The notes under the pieces: generated by a model
The model's input: the letters and a program-made list of their open reading frames with translations, nothing else
Told to the model about the DNA's origin: nothing
Database searches by the model: none
Program-made: the position numbers and the translations under genes
Shown here: piece by piece, positions 47,901 through 57,275 of the stretch
Layout: the number at the start of each line of letters is the position of its first letter
Numbering within the stretch: position 1 is the stretch's first letter
DNA from: an uncultured Candidatus Rokubacteria bacterium
Lineage (GTDB): Bacteria; Methylomirabilota; Methylomirabilia; Rokubacteriales; DASRDR01
Assembly: GCA_963805625.1 (NCBI GenBank)
Contig: CAWDVE010000010.1
Span: 1,440,001-1,504,000 of the forward strand
Direction of reading: 5' to 3'
Length of the DNA: 64,000 nucleotides

Positions 47901-48305
47901 CTACGCGTCCGCCCGCCGGTACGATCGGAAGTAGGACACGATCTCGGGCAGCGGCGTTCCCATCGGGAAGACGGCGTGCACCCCCATCGCCCGGAGCGCC
48001 GCGGCGTCGCGCGCGGGAATCGTGCCGCCCACCACGACCGCGACGTCACCAGCGTCCGCCGCCCGGAGCCGCTCGAGAAGACGCCCCGACAGCGTGAGGT
48101 GCGCTCCCGAGAGCACCGACAGGCCGATGACGTCCACGTCCTCCTGGACCGCCTCGGCAACCAGCTCGTCGGGCGTCCGCTTGAGCCCCGAGTACACGAC
48201 CTCGATCCCGGCGTCCCGGAGCGCGTGCGCAACGACCTTGGCCCCGCGGTCGTGCCCGTCGAGACCCGGCTTCGCGATCAGCACCCTGAGCGGACGGTCC
48301 GTCAC
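47901..48305 (-). CDS. B12-binding small subunit of the acyl-CoA mutase
   Basis: [10 protein letters not shown] (DxHxxG), [15 protein letters not shown]. Confidence 0.95.
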   Translation of the reverse strand: MTDRPLRVLIAKPGLDGHDRGAKVVAHALRDAGIEVVYSGLKRTPDELVAEAVQEDVDVIGLSVLSGAHLTLSGRLLERLRAADAGDVAVVVGGTIPARDAAALRAMGVHAVFPMGTPLPEIVSYFRSYRRADA

Positions 48306-48784
48306 CCTGGTGTCACGGCCGGCGTGAAGGCCGGCAGGTAGCGCGGCTGCCCCTGCGGATCGTCGGCGACCCGGACTGGCGCGAACCTGACGCGAGCGCC
48401 CACCGCGAGAGCGGCCGGATCCGCGACGCCCACGAGGGGCGCGAAGACGCGGAGCCCCGCCACGTCGATGATCGCGAACACGAGGGGCCTCGTGAAGCCC
48501 GCCGGCACGCCGGTCTCCTGGACGCTGAAACCGTGGACCCGGCCGTCCGGCGGGAGATCCACCCAGTCGAACGCGTCGGACGTGCACGCGGGACAGAAGC
48601 CGCGCGGTGGCCAGTCAATCCGGCCGCAACCCCCGCACCGGGTCGTGGTCAGGCGCCCCTCCGCGAGGTGCGTGTAGAAGGGGTGGAGCTTGTTGTGCTC
48701 GGAGGATTCGAGCGGCAGGGGGTCCACCACCCGGACGTACGGCAGCCTGGTTGGGGTGCCCGGCGCGGTGGCGGGCTCCGTCAT
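48302..48784 (-). CDS. Zn-ribbon/OB-fold protein (DUF35)
   Basis: RCGGCG..WPPR..CPAC, OB fold VGARV; TGnTAGACT extended -10 at 48806-48814. Confidence 0.9.
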   Translation of the reverse strand: MTEPATAPGTPTRLPYVRVVDPLPLESSEHNKLHPFYTHLAEGRLTTTRCGGCGRIDWPPRGFCPACTSDAFDWVDLPPDGRVHGFSVQETGVPAGFTRPLVFAIIDVAGLRVFAPLVGVADPAALAVGARVRFAPVRVADDPQGQPRYLPAFTPAVTPG

Positions 48785-48850
48785 GGGATCAGCTCTCCAC
48801 GCGGCAGTCTATCATCGCCGGCGCGACCGCAGGGACGGCCGCGAGCGAGA

Positions 48851-49381
48851 TCAGCCGGTGAGAAGGCCCCGGACGAAGGCCTCCTGAACGGGCTCCTGCA
48901 TGGCGCTCGACCGGTAGATCCGCCGGAGCTCCGTCACCGGATCAATGGCCAGCCCGTGCGCCTTCAAGACAGACGCGAGCACCACGGCCGTCCGGCCGAG
49001 GCCAGCGTTGCAGTGGACCAGGATTCCGTCGCCGGCGGCCAGACGCTCCCCGACGTCGCGGAGCAGCTGCCCGAACCCCGGCTCCTCCCTCGGCACCCCG
49101 AAGTCCGCGATGGGGTACCGGCGCAGGTCGATCCGCTCGCGCGCGAGCGCCTCGAACAGTCCCGGAGCCCGCCTCGGCACCTCCCAGTCCTCGATCAGGC
49201 TCAGGACGAGCGTGACCCCTGATTCCCGCCAGGCCCGGACACCAGAGTCCACCGCGTCGGCCCTGGGCGGCTCGTCCGGATAGCTGGGCCGCCCGGCGCC
49301 CCAGAGCCGCGCCCGACGGGGCAGGACGGGGTGCACGAGCCGGAGAGGCTGTCCGACAGGAGGCGTCTCGACGGCGTTCAC
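48851..49381 (-). CDS. Cys-based protein/dual-specificity phosphatase
   Basis: VHCNAGLGRT CX5R loop; PIADFGVP acid loop; TGCTATACT 7 nt before GTG 49381. Confidence 0.88.
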   Translation of the reverse strand: MNAVETPPVGQPLRLVHPVLPRRARLWGAGRPSYPDEPPRADAVDSGVRAWRESGVTLVLSLIEDWEVPRRAPGLFEALARERIDLRRYPIADFGVPREEPGFGQLLRDVGERLAAGDGILVHCNAGLGRTAVVLASVLKAHGLAIDPVTELRRIYRSSAMQEPVQEAFVRGLLTG

Positions 49382-49520
49382 CAGCGGGAGTATAGCAGCC
49401 GGAACCGGCACCGCCCGCGCGCCCTGAGGGGACCCGGCTCCGTGGACCGGACCGGGCCTCGCCGTCTCCCTCTCGCCGGGCGCGCGCGAACCCACCGTCA
49501 TGCGCTACACTGAAGTGACT

Positions 49521-50948
49521 GTGACGACCAGCTCGAGCCGAGACGGCGGCCGGAAGAAGACGCGAGGCACTACTTCTCGCGCGGCGTCGAGCGGACGAGG
49601 CAGCAGGAAGGCGGCCGCGTCCCCCCGTCGCCCGGTCGTAGAGGCGCCGCCGCCCGAGCCCGTCGTTCCAATCGTCCCGCAAGTCATCGACGAGCCCGAG
49701 CCCTTCCCGCTCCCGGTCTCCGCCGTCGAGAGCACGTTCGTCGCTCGCATGCCGCCGCCCGAGCCCGAGCGGCCACGGCCCCCCGGTCGGCGCGCGATCT
49801 TCCTCGACGTCGAGAACACGAGCCGCGCCCAGCACCTCGCCCACGTCATCGACCATCTGGGGGTCAATCCCTGGGACCGCAGGACCGAGCTCGTGGCCGT
49901 CGCGAACTGGCGGGTGGTGGGTCACGAGGCAGCGCGGCTGCTGGCGGCGCGCGGGGCCCATCTCGTGCACAGCGCCCCCTCGACGGGCGTCCGTGACTGG
50001 AGCGACCTGCGCATCGCCGTCGCGGCCGGGATCTGGCTGGCCTCGGCCCGACCCGGCGACATGATCGAGATCGTGTCCGACGACCGCGCCTTCGACGCCG
50101 TGGGAGACGTCGCCGCGAGCCTGGGGATCGAGTTCCGTCGCCTGTCGTATCGCCGTCTCAAGGAGGACTCGCCGGAAACGGTGTTGGTGGAGGAGGAGAG
50201 CCGGCCGCTTGCGACGGGCGTGAGCGCCTCAAGCTCGCGCCGCCGGCGTCGCCGCCGGGGGCGTGGCCCCGGTGGTCCCTCGCCGTTGCATGCCGGGGAG
50301 CGCCGGCCTGCCGATTCGCGGGAAGGCCCCCGGCATGGCGCCTCTGGCGGCCCGCGCGGCGGGCGGACGGGAGGCGGCAGGGGCCGCCCGGTCGGGTCCC
50401 ATGCCCCTCGGTCACAGCCCGACGCCCCCCAGACCACGGCTCCGCACGACGAGCTGGTTTCGGTGGTGCGCGGCCTCGTCGAGGGGGCGCCCAAGCGCAG
50501 CGTCAGCATCGACGCGGTGGCCAACGCGCTGAAGTCCCGGGGGTTCCAGCGGTCACCGGGCTCTCCCCGGCTCGTCACGCGGCTCCGCCGCATCAAGGAG
50601 CTCCTCGTGAGCCCGTCCGGGACGATCACGCTCGCCGAGGACGGCGCCCCGCCCGCGAGCGAACCGCAGGTCGAGAGCGAGCCCCGAGTCGAGAGCGCGG
50701 TGCAGATCGTGGTCAAGCCGATGGACGAGGCCGCCGAGATCGACGAGGCCGACGAGGACCGCCAGCCGGACTTTCTCCGCTCGCGAGAGAGCGAGCCCGA
50801 GCTGCCCGAGGTCGACGGCAACCGGGCCTTGCCCGCTCCCGGTCCTTCTGGCGCTCCGGCTGGCCCTCCGGCTCGTGGCCGCCGGCGTCGCCGCCGGCGC
50901 TGGCGCGGGGGTCCGCGCCAGTCGGTTCCGGGGTCCCAGCCGGCCTGA
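49521..50948 (+). CDS. NYN (PIN-like) domain protein with Arg/Gly-rich linker and HTH/LOTUS-like domain
   Basis: AIFLDVEN, DWSDLRI, IVSDDRAFD; VSIDAVANALKSRGF helical domain; poly-Arg tracts. Start uncertain. Confidence 0.7.
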   Translation: MTTSSSRDGGRKKTRGTTSRAASSGRGSRKAAASPRRPVVEAPPPEPVVPIVPQVIDEPEPFPLPVSAVESTFVARMPPPEPERPRPPGRRAIFLDVENTSRAQHLAHVIDHLGVNPWDRRTELVAVANWRVVGHEAARLLAARGAHLVHSAPSTGVRDWSDLRIAVAAGIWLASARPGDMIEIVSDDRAFDAVGDVAASLGIEFRRLSYRRLKEDSPETVLVEEESRPLATGVSASSSRRRRRRRGRGPGGPSPLHAGERRPADSREGPRHGASGGPRGGRTGGGRGRPVGSHAPRSQPDAPQTTAPHDELVSVVRGLVEGAPKRSVSIDAVANALKSRGFQRSPGSPRLVTRLRRIKELLVSPSGTITLAEDGAPPASEPQVESEPRVESAVQIVVKPMDEAAEIDEADEDRQPDFLRSRESEPELPEVDGNRALPAPGPSGAPAGPPARGRRRRRRRWRGGPRQSVPGSQPA

Positions 50949-51022
50949 CCTGGCCGGGCCGCCCGCAGACTCGGGGGCCGCGCCCCCTCCCAGTCCGCTA
51001 CGTTCCCGTCAACCGGCGCGAC

Positions 51023-52186
51023 TCAGTCACGGCCGTAGAGCATGACGACGTGCTCGCCCATCCCCGAGTTGTTGTGGGTGAGGGCGAGTCGCGCCTCGGG
51101 TACCTGGCGCGGGCCGGCCTCGCCGCGAAGCTGCCAGAAGGCCTCGGAGGCCTGGGCGATCCCAGTGGCGCCGAGGGGGTGGCCGCAGCCGATCAGCCCG
51201 CCGCGCGGGTTGACCACGACCTTCCCGCCATAGTCGGACAGGCCCTTCTCGACGAAGCGGCCGCCCTCGCCCTTCGCACAGAAGCCGAGCTCCTCGTATG
51301 CGATGATCTCCGCGATGGCGAAGCAGTCGTGCACCTCCGCGAGATCCACGTCGTCGGGTCCGACGCCGGCCATCCGGTACGCCTGTTCCGCGGCCCGCCG
51401 CATCGACGGCCAGCTCGCGTAGTCCTCGGGGAGCGAGGACAGGGTGAACCCATCCAGCGCCTGGCCGGTACCCCGGATCCACACAGGCCGGTCCGTCAGG
51501 TCCCGGGCTCGCTCCTCGCTGGCGACGATGACGGCGGCAGCGCCGTCGGTGATGGGCGAGCACATGAACAGGCGAAACGGGGTCGCGATCATGCGCGAGC
51601 ACAGCACCTGGTCGAGGGTCGCGCCCTTCTGGAAGTGTGCGTAGGGGTTCTTGCTCGCGTGGTTGTGGTTCTTCACGCTGACCAGCGCCATCTGCTCCTC
51701 GGTCGTGCCGTGGCGCGCCATGTGCGCCTGGGCGGCCAGGGCGAAGCAGGGCGGCGCGGTGAGCCCGTGGGCCGCCTCCCACTCGCGGTCGACGCCCGTG
51801 CCCATGTTGAGGAGGGCCTCGTCCGGCGTCGGCACGTTCAGCTTCTCCACGCCCAGGACCATGACGAGGTCAGCGAGGCCGGCCGCGATGAAGGCGTAGG
51901 CGTACCGGAGCCCGACGGTGCCTGAGGCGCACATGTGCTCGGTCCGGGCGGAGAGCCGGGTCGGCTTGATCCCGAGCGCCTCGGCGGCGAGCGAGGAGAT
52001 GTGGCTCTGGAACGCCGTGCGCTCCGGCATGACCGAGCCCACCACGATCCCCTCGAGATCGACCGGCCTGAGGCCGGGGACCGAGTCGAAGCACGCCTTG
52101 CCGGCCTCCCAGATGAGGTCACGGTACGTCGCCTTCCGCACGCCGAAACGCGTCATGCCCGCTCCGACCAGGGCCACCTTCCGCAT
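51023..52186 (-). CDS. Thiolase-family protein (SCP2-type)
   Basis: EHMCASG, KNH, CSPITDGAAA, EVHDCF, GHPLGATG; GGAGG RBS. Confidence 0.93.
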   Translation of the reverse strand: MRKVALVGAGMTRFGVRKATYRDLIWEAGKACFDSVPGLRPVDLEGIVVGSVMPERTAFQSHISSLAAEALGIKPTRLSARTEHMCASGTVGLRYAYAFIAAGLADLVMVLGVEKLNVPTPDEALLNMGTGVDREWEAAHGLTAPPCFALAAQAHMARHGTTEEQMALVSVKNHNHASKNPYAHFQKGATLDQVLCSRMIATPFRLFMCSPITDGAAAVIVASEERARDLTDRPVWIRGTGQALDGFTLSSLPEDYASWPSMRRAAEQAYRMAGVGPDDVDLAEVHDCFAIAEIIAYEELGFCAKGEGGRFVEKGLSDYGGKVVVNPRGGLIGCGHPLGATGIAQASEAFWQLRGEAGPRQVPEARLALTHNNSGMGEHVVMLYGRD

Positions 52187-52280
52187 GTCCCAGCCTCCAG
52201 GGCGGCGGCGCGCCGCCTCGCTCTCCCCTTATACCTCACGCGGGCGCGTCATGGGCAACGCCACCATGTATGGAGTTGCC

Positions 52281-53362
52281 TCAGGCCCGGGCTCCCGGAT
52301 CGAAACCCGCCAGGAAGAAGGCGGCGACGTGGTGCATTTGACAGAAGCTGCCCGCGCGGATCAGGGCGAGAACGGCCTCAGGCGCGACGTACTCGACGGC
52401 CACCCCGGGCTCCGGAACGAACTCCGCCAGGGGTCCGGATGCCTCGACGCGGAAGACGTGCTGGACGAGCTCGAGGCGGCCCGCGTCGGGGCGGAGCCCG
52501 CCGAGGTAGGTGACGCGCTCGGCCCGGAGACCGGTCTCCTCCAGGAGCTCCCGGCGGCACGCGGTCTCCGGATCCTCGCCCGGATCTTTCAGGCCCGAGG
52601 GCAGCTCCCACGTGTACTGCTCGACCGCCGGCCGGAACTGCCGGACGACCGCGACGCGCCCGTCCGGCGTCCGCGCGACGGCAACCACCCAGTCGAACGG
52701 CCCGAACGCGTGATAGGTGTCCGGCGCGCGGTTCGGGACGAACTCGACGTCCTTCTCGATGAGGGTGGTCCACGGCGACAGCTGACGCACTCGCCGCGCC
52801 ACGATCCGGGCCCGCTCGCCCCACCAGGTCTCGAGGAACCGCGCCGTCGGCTCCCGGCCCCGCACCCGGGCGACATCGGCAGGTGTCCGCCCTTCCGCGG
52901 TCCGCATCGACGTCTCGGCCCCGCGCAGGAGGAGCCGTGTCACCAGGGAGAGCTCCCCCCGCTCGCCGCGATGTGGAGCGGCGTGAAGCCTCCGCCGTCC
53001 ACGGCGTTCACCTCCGCGCCCGCCGAGAGCAGGCGGTCCACCAGGTCGAGCCCGGCGGTGCCTGCCAGGCCCGCGTGAAGTGGCGTGTTTTCCAGCGGGT
53101 TCCGGGAGCGAGCGCGCGGATCCCCGCCGTGCGCGAGAAGCAAAGCGACGGCCGGTGTCTCGCCGAAGTGAGCCGCGAGATGGAGCGGCGTCCAACCATC
53201 GCCCGCGTGCGTGGAGACGAGTCCTGGCGCTTCCCCGAGGAGCGCGGCAAGGCGGGTGACGTCGCCCGCGGCGGTGGCCTCGAACGCGTCGAGCACGGCG
53301 CCGCGGGCCCGCAGGAGGCCGAGGACGGCCGGCACGCGGTGGTAGCAGGCCAGGAGCGCGGG
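52281..53362 (-). pseudogene. Ankyrin-repeat-NUDIX hydrolase fusion; own N-terminus missing; -1 frameshift in a G6 run (52955-52960)
   Basis: GWTPLHLAA, NTPLHA, GFTPLHIAA, GRTPAD ankyrin repeats; Nudix box GLKDPGEDPETACRRELLEETGL. A seventh G restores LHIAASGGELSLVTRLLLRGA. Confidence 0.75.
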
Positions 53363-53614
53363 CGTCGTGCCCTCGAACAGGCCGAGCTGGTTGGCCTGGC
53401 CCGTCGCGATGGTCAGGACGAGCATGCCGTGGGCGATCCGGCCCTTCATGGGGCCCTGCCGCGCGGACTCCTCGTCGGTGTGGAGGGGATTGAAATCGCC
53501 GGAGAGCCCGGCGAAGCGGTCCACGGTCCCCTCGGTCACGGTGCGCGCGGCCGTCGTGAAGGCCTCGCCCACCGCGAACTCCTCGCAGTGCCGGCCGCGC
53601 GGGACGTAGGTCAT
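53363..53614 (-). pseudogene. MaoC-family dehydratase, N-terminal ~84 codons only, fused in frame to the ankyrin gene
   Basis: FAGLSGDFNPLH..RIAHG hydratase motif; the C-terminal hot-dog strands are absent after LFEGTT. Confidence 0.8.
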
Positions 53615-54765
53615 CCGAGACTCGGGGGGCGCTCGAGGTCGCGCCCGATGATGACCCGCAGGATCTCCGACGTCCCCCCGCCCCAGAGCAGGAAGCGAGC
53701 GTCGCGGAAATAGCGCTCGATGGGGTACTCGGTCGCGAAGGAGTAGGACGCGAAGATCCGGGAGGCCTCGTCACAGATCCGGTTCGCGGCCTCGGAGGCG
53801 AAGAGCTTGGTCATCGCGGCCTCCCGTGTGACCGGCAGCCCCTGGTCGATGGACCATGCCGCGTGGTAGACGAGCAGGCTCGCCGCGTGGAGCTGGGTGA
53901 GCATGTCGACGAGCCGGAAGGTCACCGCCTGGTGCTCGCCGATGGGCTTGCCGAACGTTACGCGCTCCTTCGAGTAGCGGAGCGCGGCGTCGTAGGCCGC
54001 ACGGCCGAGGCCGACCGAGAGGGCCCCGGTCATCACCCGGATCTCCGAGAGGATGCCCCCCACCTTCTCGACGCCGCCGGTCTCGCCGCCGAGGAGGTGC
54101 TCGTCGGGGACGACCACGTCGTCGAGGATGATCTCGCCCGTCGCCGACGCCCGCACGCCGAGCTTCTCGATCCGCTTGCCGAGCGTCACGCCGGGGAATT
54201 GCCGGTCAACCAGGAACAGCGCGATGTGCTTCATCCCGCGCTCGGGAGACGTCTTCGCGCAGACCGTCAGCATGTCGGCGACGGGAGCGTTCGTGACCCA
54301 CGTCTTTGTGCCCTTGAGGCGCCAGCCGCCCTCGACGCGCTCGGCCCTGGTGGCCAGGTTGCCGATGTCGGAGCCCGCGTTCGGCTCCGTCAAGGCGAAC
54401 GTGGCGACCTTCTCTCCCCGAAGCGCGGGGACGAGGTAGCGCTCGCGGAGCGCGTCGCTCCCGTACTTCCAGATGAAATGCGTCCCCATGAGGCTCTGCA
54501 TCGCGGCGAGCGCGGCGACCGACATCGATCCGCGGCCCAGCTCCTCGGCGAAGAGGCAGTAGGTCACGAAGTCCGCGTCCGCCCCGCCGTAGGCCTCGGG
54601 ATAGCGAAGGGCGAGGTAGCCTTGCTTGCCCAGGCGCCGGAAGAGCGCGCGGGGAAACTCCCCCGCCTCGTCGATCTCGTGAGCGACCGGCGCCACCTCG
54701 GCGTCCACGAAGCGGGCGACGGCCCGCCGGAACTCCTCCTGCTCTGCGCTCAGCCGGAAGTCCAT
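53611..54765 (-). CDS. Acyl-CoA dehydrogenase
   Basis: FALTEPNAGSD, GTKTWVTN, KLGVRAS, RVTFGKPI, IERYFRDAR..GGGTSEI. Confidence 0.95.
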   Translation of the reverse strand: MDFRLSAEQEEFRRAVARFVDAEVAPVAHEIDEAGEFPRALFRRLGKQGYLALRYPEAYGGADADFVTYCLFAEELGRGSMSVAALAAMQSLMGTHFIWKYGSDALRERYLVPALRGEKVATFALTEPNAGSDIGNLATRAERVEGGWRLKGTKTWVTNAPVADMLTVCAKTSPERGMKHIALFLVDRQFPGVTLGKRIEKLGVRASATGEIILDDVVVPDEHLLGGETGGVEKVGGILSEIRVMTGALSVGLGRAAYDAALRYSKERVTFGKPIGEHQAVTFRLVDMLTQLHAASLLVYHAAWSIDQGLPVTREAAMTKLFASEAANRICDEASRIFASYSFATEYPIERYFRDARFLLWGGGTSEILRVIIGRDLERPPSLG

Positions 54766-54772
54766 CCCTTCC

Positions 54773-54871
54773 TCAGAGATCGCGAGGGATCGGCCGCGGA
54801 CCCCCAGGGCGCACTCGGTCCACGAGGGCGCTGAGTCGGTTCCTCGCCTCGGTGAGGGTGACGGTTCTCAC
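54773..54871 (-). pseudogene. Phd/YefM antitoxin N-terminal remnant
   Basis: MRTVTLTEARNRLSALVDRVRPG matches the Phd/YefM start (T.EAK..LS.L.D.V..G); ends after 32 aa; no toxin gene. Confidence 0.65.
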
Positions 54872-54935
54872 GAGGCTAGCGGTTGTGAACCTGTTCGCGT
54901 CATCACGCGCCGAGTCGACCGCGACTGGTCTGAGC

Positions 54936-56300
54936 TCACCTCTTGACCTTCGGAAGGCCGGCCAGCGCCGCCTTCACCTGCTCCGCGGGGTACTCGAAGT
55001 CCTCGAGCTTGCCCGTCATGTAGCGCTCGTAGGCGGAGAGGTCGAAGTGGCCGTGGCCACAGAAGTTGAACGCGATGACCTTCCGGTCGCCCGAGGCCTT
55101 GCAGCGCAGCGCCTCGTCGATGACGACCCGGATCGCGTGGGCCGCCTCGGGCGCCGGCAGGAACCCTTCCGCCCGCGTGAACGTCAGCGCCGCCTCGAAG
55201 GTGGGGTTCTGGTGGACGGCCACCGCCTCGATCACCTTGTGGTCGTACAAGGCGCACACCAGGGGCGCCATGCCGTGGTAGCGGAGGCCCCCCGCGTGGA
55301 TCGGCGCCGGGATGAAAGAGTGACCGAGCGTATACATCTTGACCAGTGGCGTCATCTGCCCGGTGTCGCCGAAGTCGTAGACGTACTCGCCCTTGGTGAG
55401 GCTCGGGGCCGCGTGGGGCTCGACGGCGATGACGCGAAGGTCCTTCCGCCGCCCGCTCAGCTTGTCCTGGAGGAAGGGGAACGTGAAACCGCCGAAGTTC
55501 GAGCCGCCCCCGATGCAGCCGACGAGGATGTCCGGGCGGTCGCCCGCCATCTCCAGCTGCCGCTGGGCCTCCAGCCCGATGACCGTCTGGTGCGTCAGGA
55601 CGTGGTTCAGCACGGAGCCGAGCGAGTACTTCGTATCCTCCCGCTGGGCAGCCTCCTCGACCGCCTCCGAGATCGCCATGCCAAGGCTTCCCGGCGAGTG
55701 CGGGTCCTTTGTGAGCGCCGCGCGGCCGGCCGCCGTCTCGCGAGACGGGCTCGCCACCACCTTGCCGCCCCATGCCTCCATCATGATGCGCCGGTACGGC
55801 TTCTGGTCGTAGGAGACCCGCACCATGTAGACCTTGCACTCGATCCCGAAGATCTGACAGGCAAATGACAGCGCCGAGCCCCACTGCCCCGCTCCCGTCT
55901 CCGTCGTGATGCGCCGGACGCCTTCCTGGTGGTTGTAGTAGGCCTGGGCGACCGCGGTGTTCGGCTTGTGGCTCCCGGCGGGCGAGACGCCCTCCCACTT
56001 GTAGTAGATCCGCGCTGGCGTCCCGAGCGCCTTCTCCAGGCGATGGGCACGGTAGAGCGGCGTCGGCCGCCAGAGCCGGTAGACGTCCCGCACGGGCTCG
56101 GGGATGTCGATCCACCGCTCCTGGCTCACCTCCTGCTTGATGATCTCCATCGGGAACAGGGGGGCGAGGTCCTGAGGACCGATGGGCTGGAGCGTGCCCG
56201 GGTGGATCACCGGCGGGAGCGGCGCCGGCAGGTCCGCCTGGATGTTGTACCAGCGGCTCGGCAGGTCCTTCTCGTCTAGCAGGAACTTGGTCTGGGCCAC
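54936..56300 (-). CDS. trpB2: Tryptophan synthase beta chain, type 2
   Basis: [23 protein letters not shown] (PLP Lys), [30 protein letters not shown]; no trpA nearby. Confidence 0.95.
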   Translation of the reverse strand: MAQTKFLLDEKDLPSRWYNIQADLPAPLPPVIHPGTLQPIGPQDLAPLFPMEIIKQEVSQERWIDIPEPVRDVYRLWRPTPLYRAHRLEKALGTPARIYYKWEGVSPAGSHKPNTAVAQAYYNHQEGVRRITTETGAGQWGSALSFACQIFGIECKVYMVRVSYDQKPYRRIMMEAWGGKVVASPSRETAAGRAALTKDPHSPGSLGMAISEAVEEAAQREDTKYSLGSVLNHVLTHQTVIGLEAQRQLEMAGDRPDILVGCIGGGSNFGGFTFPFLQDKLSGRRKDLRVIAVEPHAAPSLTKGEYVYDFGDTGQMTPLVKMYTLGHSFIPAPIHAGGLRYHGMAPLVCALYDHKVIEAVAVHQNPTFEAALTFTRAEGFLPAPEAAHAIRVVIDEALRCKASGDRKVIAFNFCGHGHFDLSAYERYMTGKLEDFEYPAEQVKAALAGLPKVKR

Positions 56301-56314
56301 GGGAACCTCCTTGT

Positions 56315-57220
56315 TCAGCCTGGGCGGCGTTGGCCGGGTCGCGCCGGATCCGGGAGAGTAGCCCGCGCGAGCGCGTCCGCGTACGCGTGGCGTCCCGCCT
56401 CGTCAGCGAAGAGATCGTCAGGGATGCGGTGATCGGCGAACTGCCAGAGCCGCTCGGGGTAGCGACGGTCGACGGCCAGCCCGCCACCGAGGCACGCAAG
56501 CGGCCGCGCCCGCTCACGCTCGACCTCGTCCGCGAGCGCCGCTCGCAGCCCGCCGAGCGCCGCGAGCGGCACGGCCAGCCCGAGCACGCGGTACGGCAAG
56601 AGGAAGCGCGTCGACTTCGGCGGTAGGAGCGCCACCTCCGCTCGCCGGCGCACGGCCGGCTTGTCGAGCGCCGGCGGACGCAGGACGACGACGTCCGCCG
56701 CCCCCAGCCACCCGGCGATCGCCTCGTCCTCGACGAGACGCGCCGGACGCCGGTGGCCGTTCCGCGAGACGAGCCGCTCGACCTCGCTCGCCAGGGCGTG
56801 GGGATCCGACGCCTCGGGTCCAGGCCGACCGTAGACCCGATCGCCGTAGTGACAGCGGAGCCCGCCCTCCACACCAGCCTTGAGCCCGAGCGCCCGGCGC
56901 GCGGCGTCGAAGGCGGCCGCCGGCACGCCCTCGAGCACGCGGCACCAGGTTCCGATGCGAACCTCGGGCGACTCGAGGTCGACCTGCTGAATCACGGCGA
57001 AGCGCGCACCGAAATCGCGCGCGAGGACGACGGCGCGATGGCTCCCGTCCAGGATCAGCCCGGATCCGGCATCGACGACGAGCGGCCACGACAGGACGCG
57101 CGCGGCCCCGAGGAGGTCCGCCACGCGGGACTCACCATCCGGGGACGTGGCTTCGTGCGGGCGAAGGTCCCCGAGCCTGGCAACGGCAAGACTCGCTCGG
57201 ACGTCGTCCGCTGACTCCAT
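56315..57220 (-). CDS. ParB/Srx-fold protein resembling the free L-serine kinases SerK/SbnI
   Basis: LRPHE, PLVVD, ILDGSHR, and distal LLPPKSTRF; no HTH. Confidence 0.65.
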   Translation of the reverse strand: MESADDVRASLAVARLGDLRPHEATSPDGESRVADLLGAARVLSWPLVVDAGSGLILDGSHRAVVLARDFGARFAVIQQVDLESPEVRIGTWCRVLEGVPAAAFDAARRALGLKAGVEGGLRCHYGDRVYGRPGPEASDPHALASEVERLVSRNGHRRPARLVEDEAIAGWLGAADVVVLRPPALDKPAVRRRAEVALLPPKSTRFLLPYRVLGLAVPLAALGGLRAALADEVERERARPLACLGGGLAVDRRYPERLWQFADHRIPDDLFADEAGRHAYADALARATLPDPARPGQRRPG

Positions 57221-57275
57221 TGGGCCTCGGCACGTCCTCTACTGGTGTCGGAGAACGGATCCGCGCGCGCGCCGG

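Noticed and set aside
52253-52280. GGCAAC..GTTGCC hairpin as a cobalamin riboswitch
   Set aside because: Too short and no B12-box; may be a simple stem near the thiolase promoter.
56315-57220. Chromosome-partition ParB
   Set aside because: No HTH or dimerisation domain, no parA neighbour, and no GxRRxxA motif; fits SerK/SbnI-like enzymes better.
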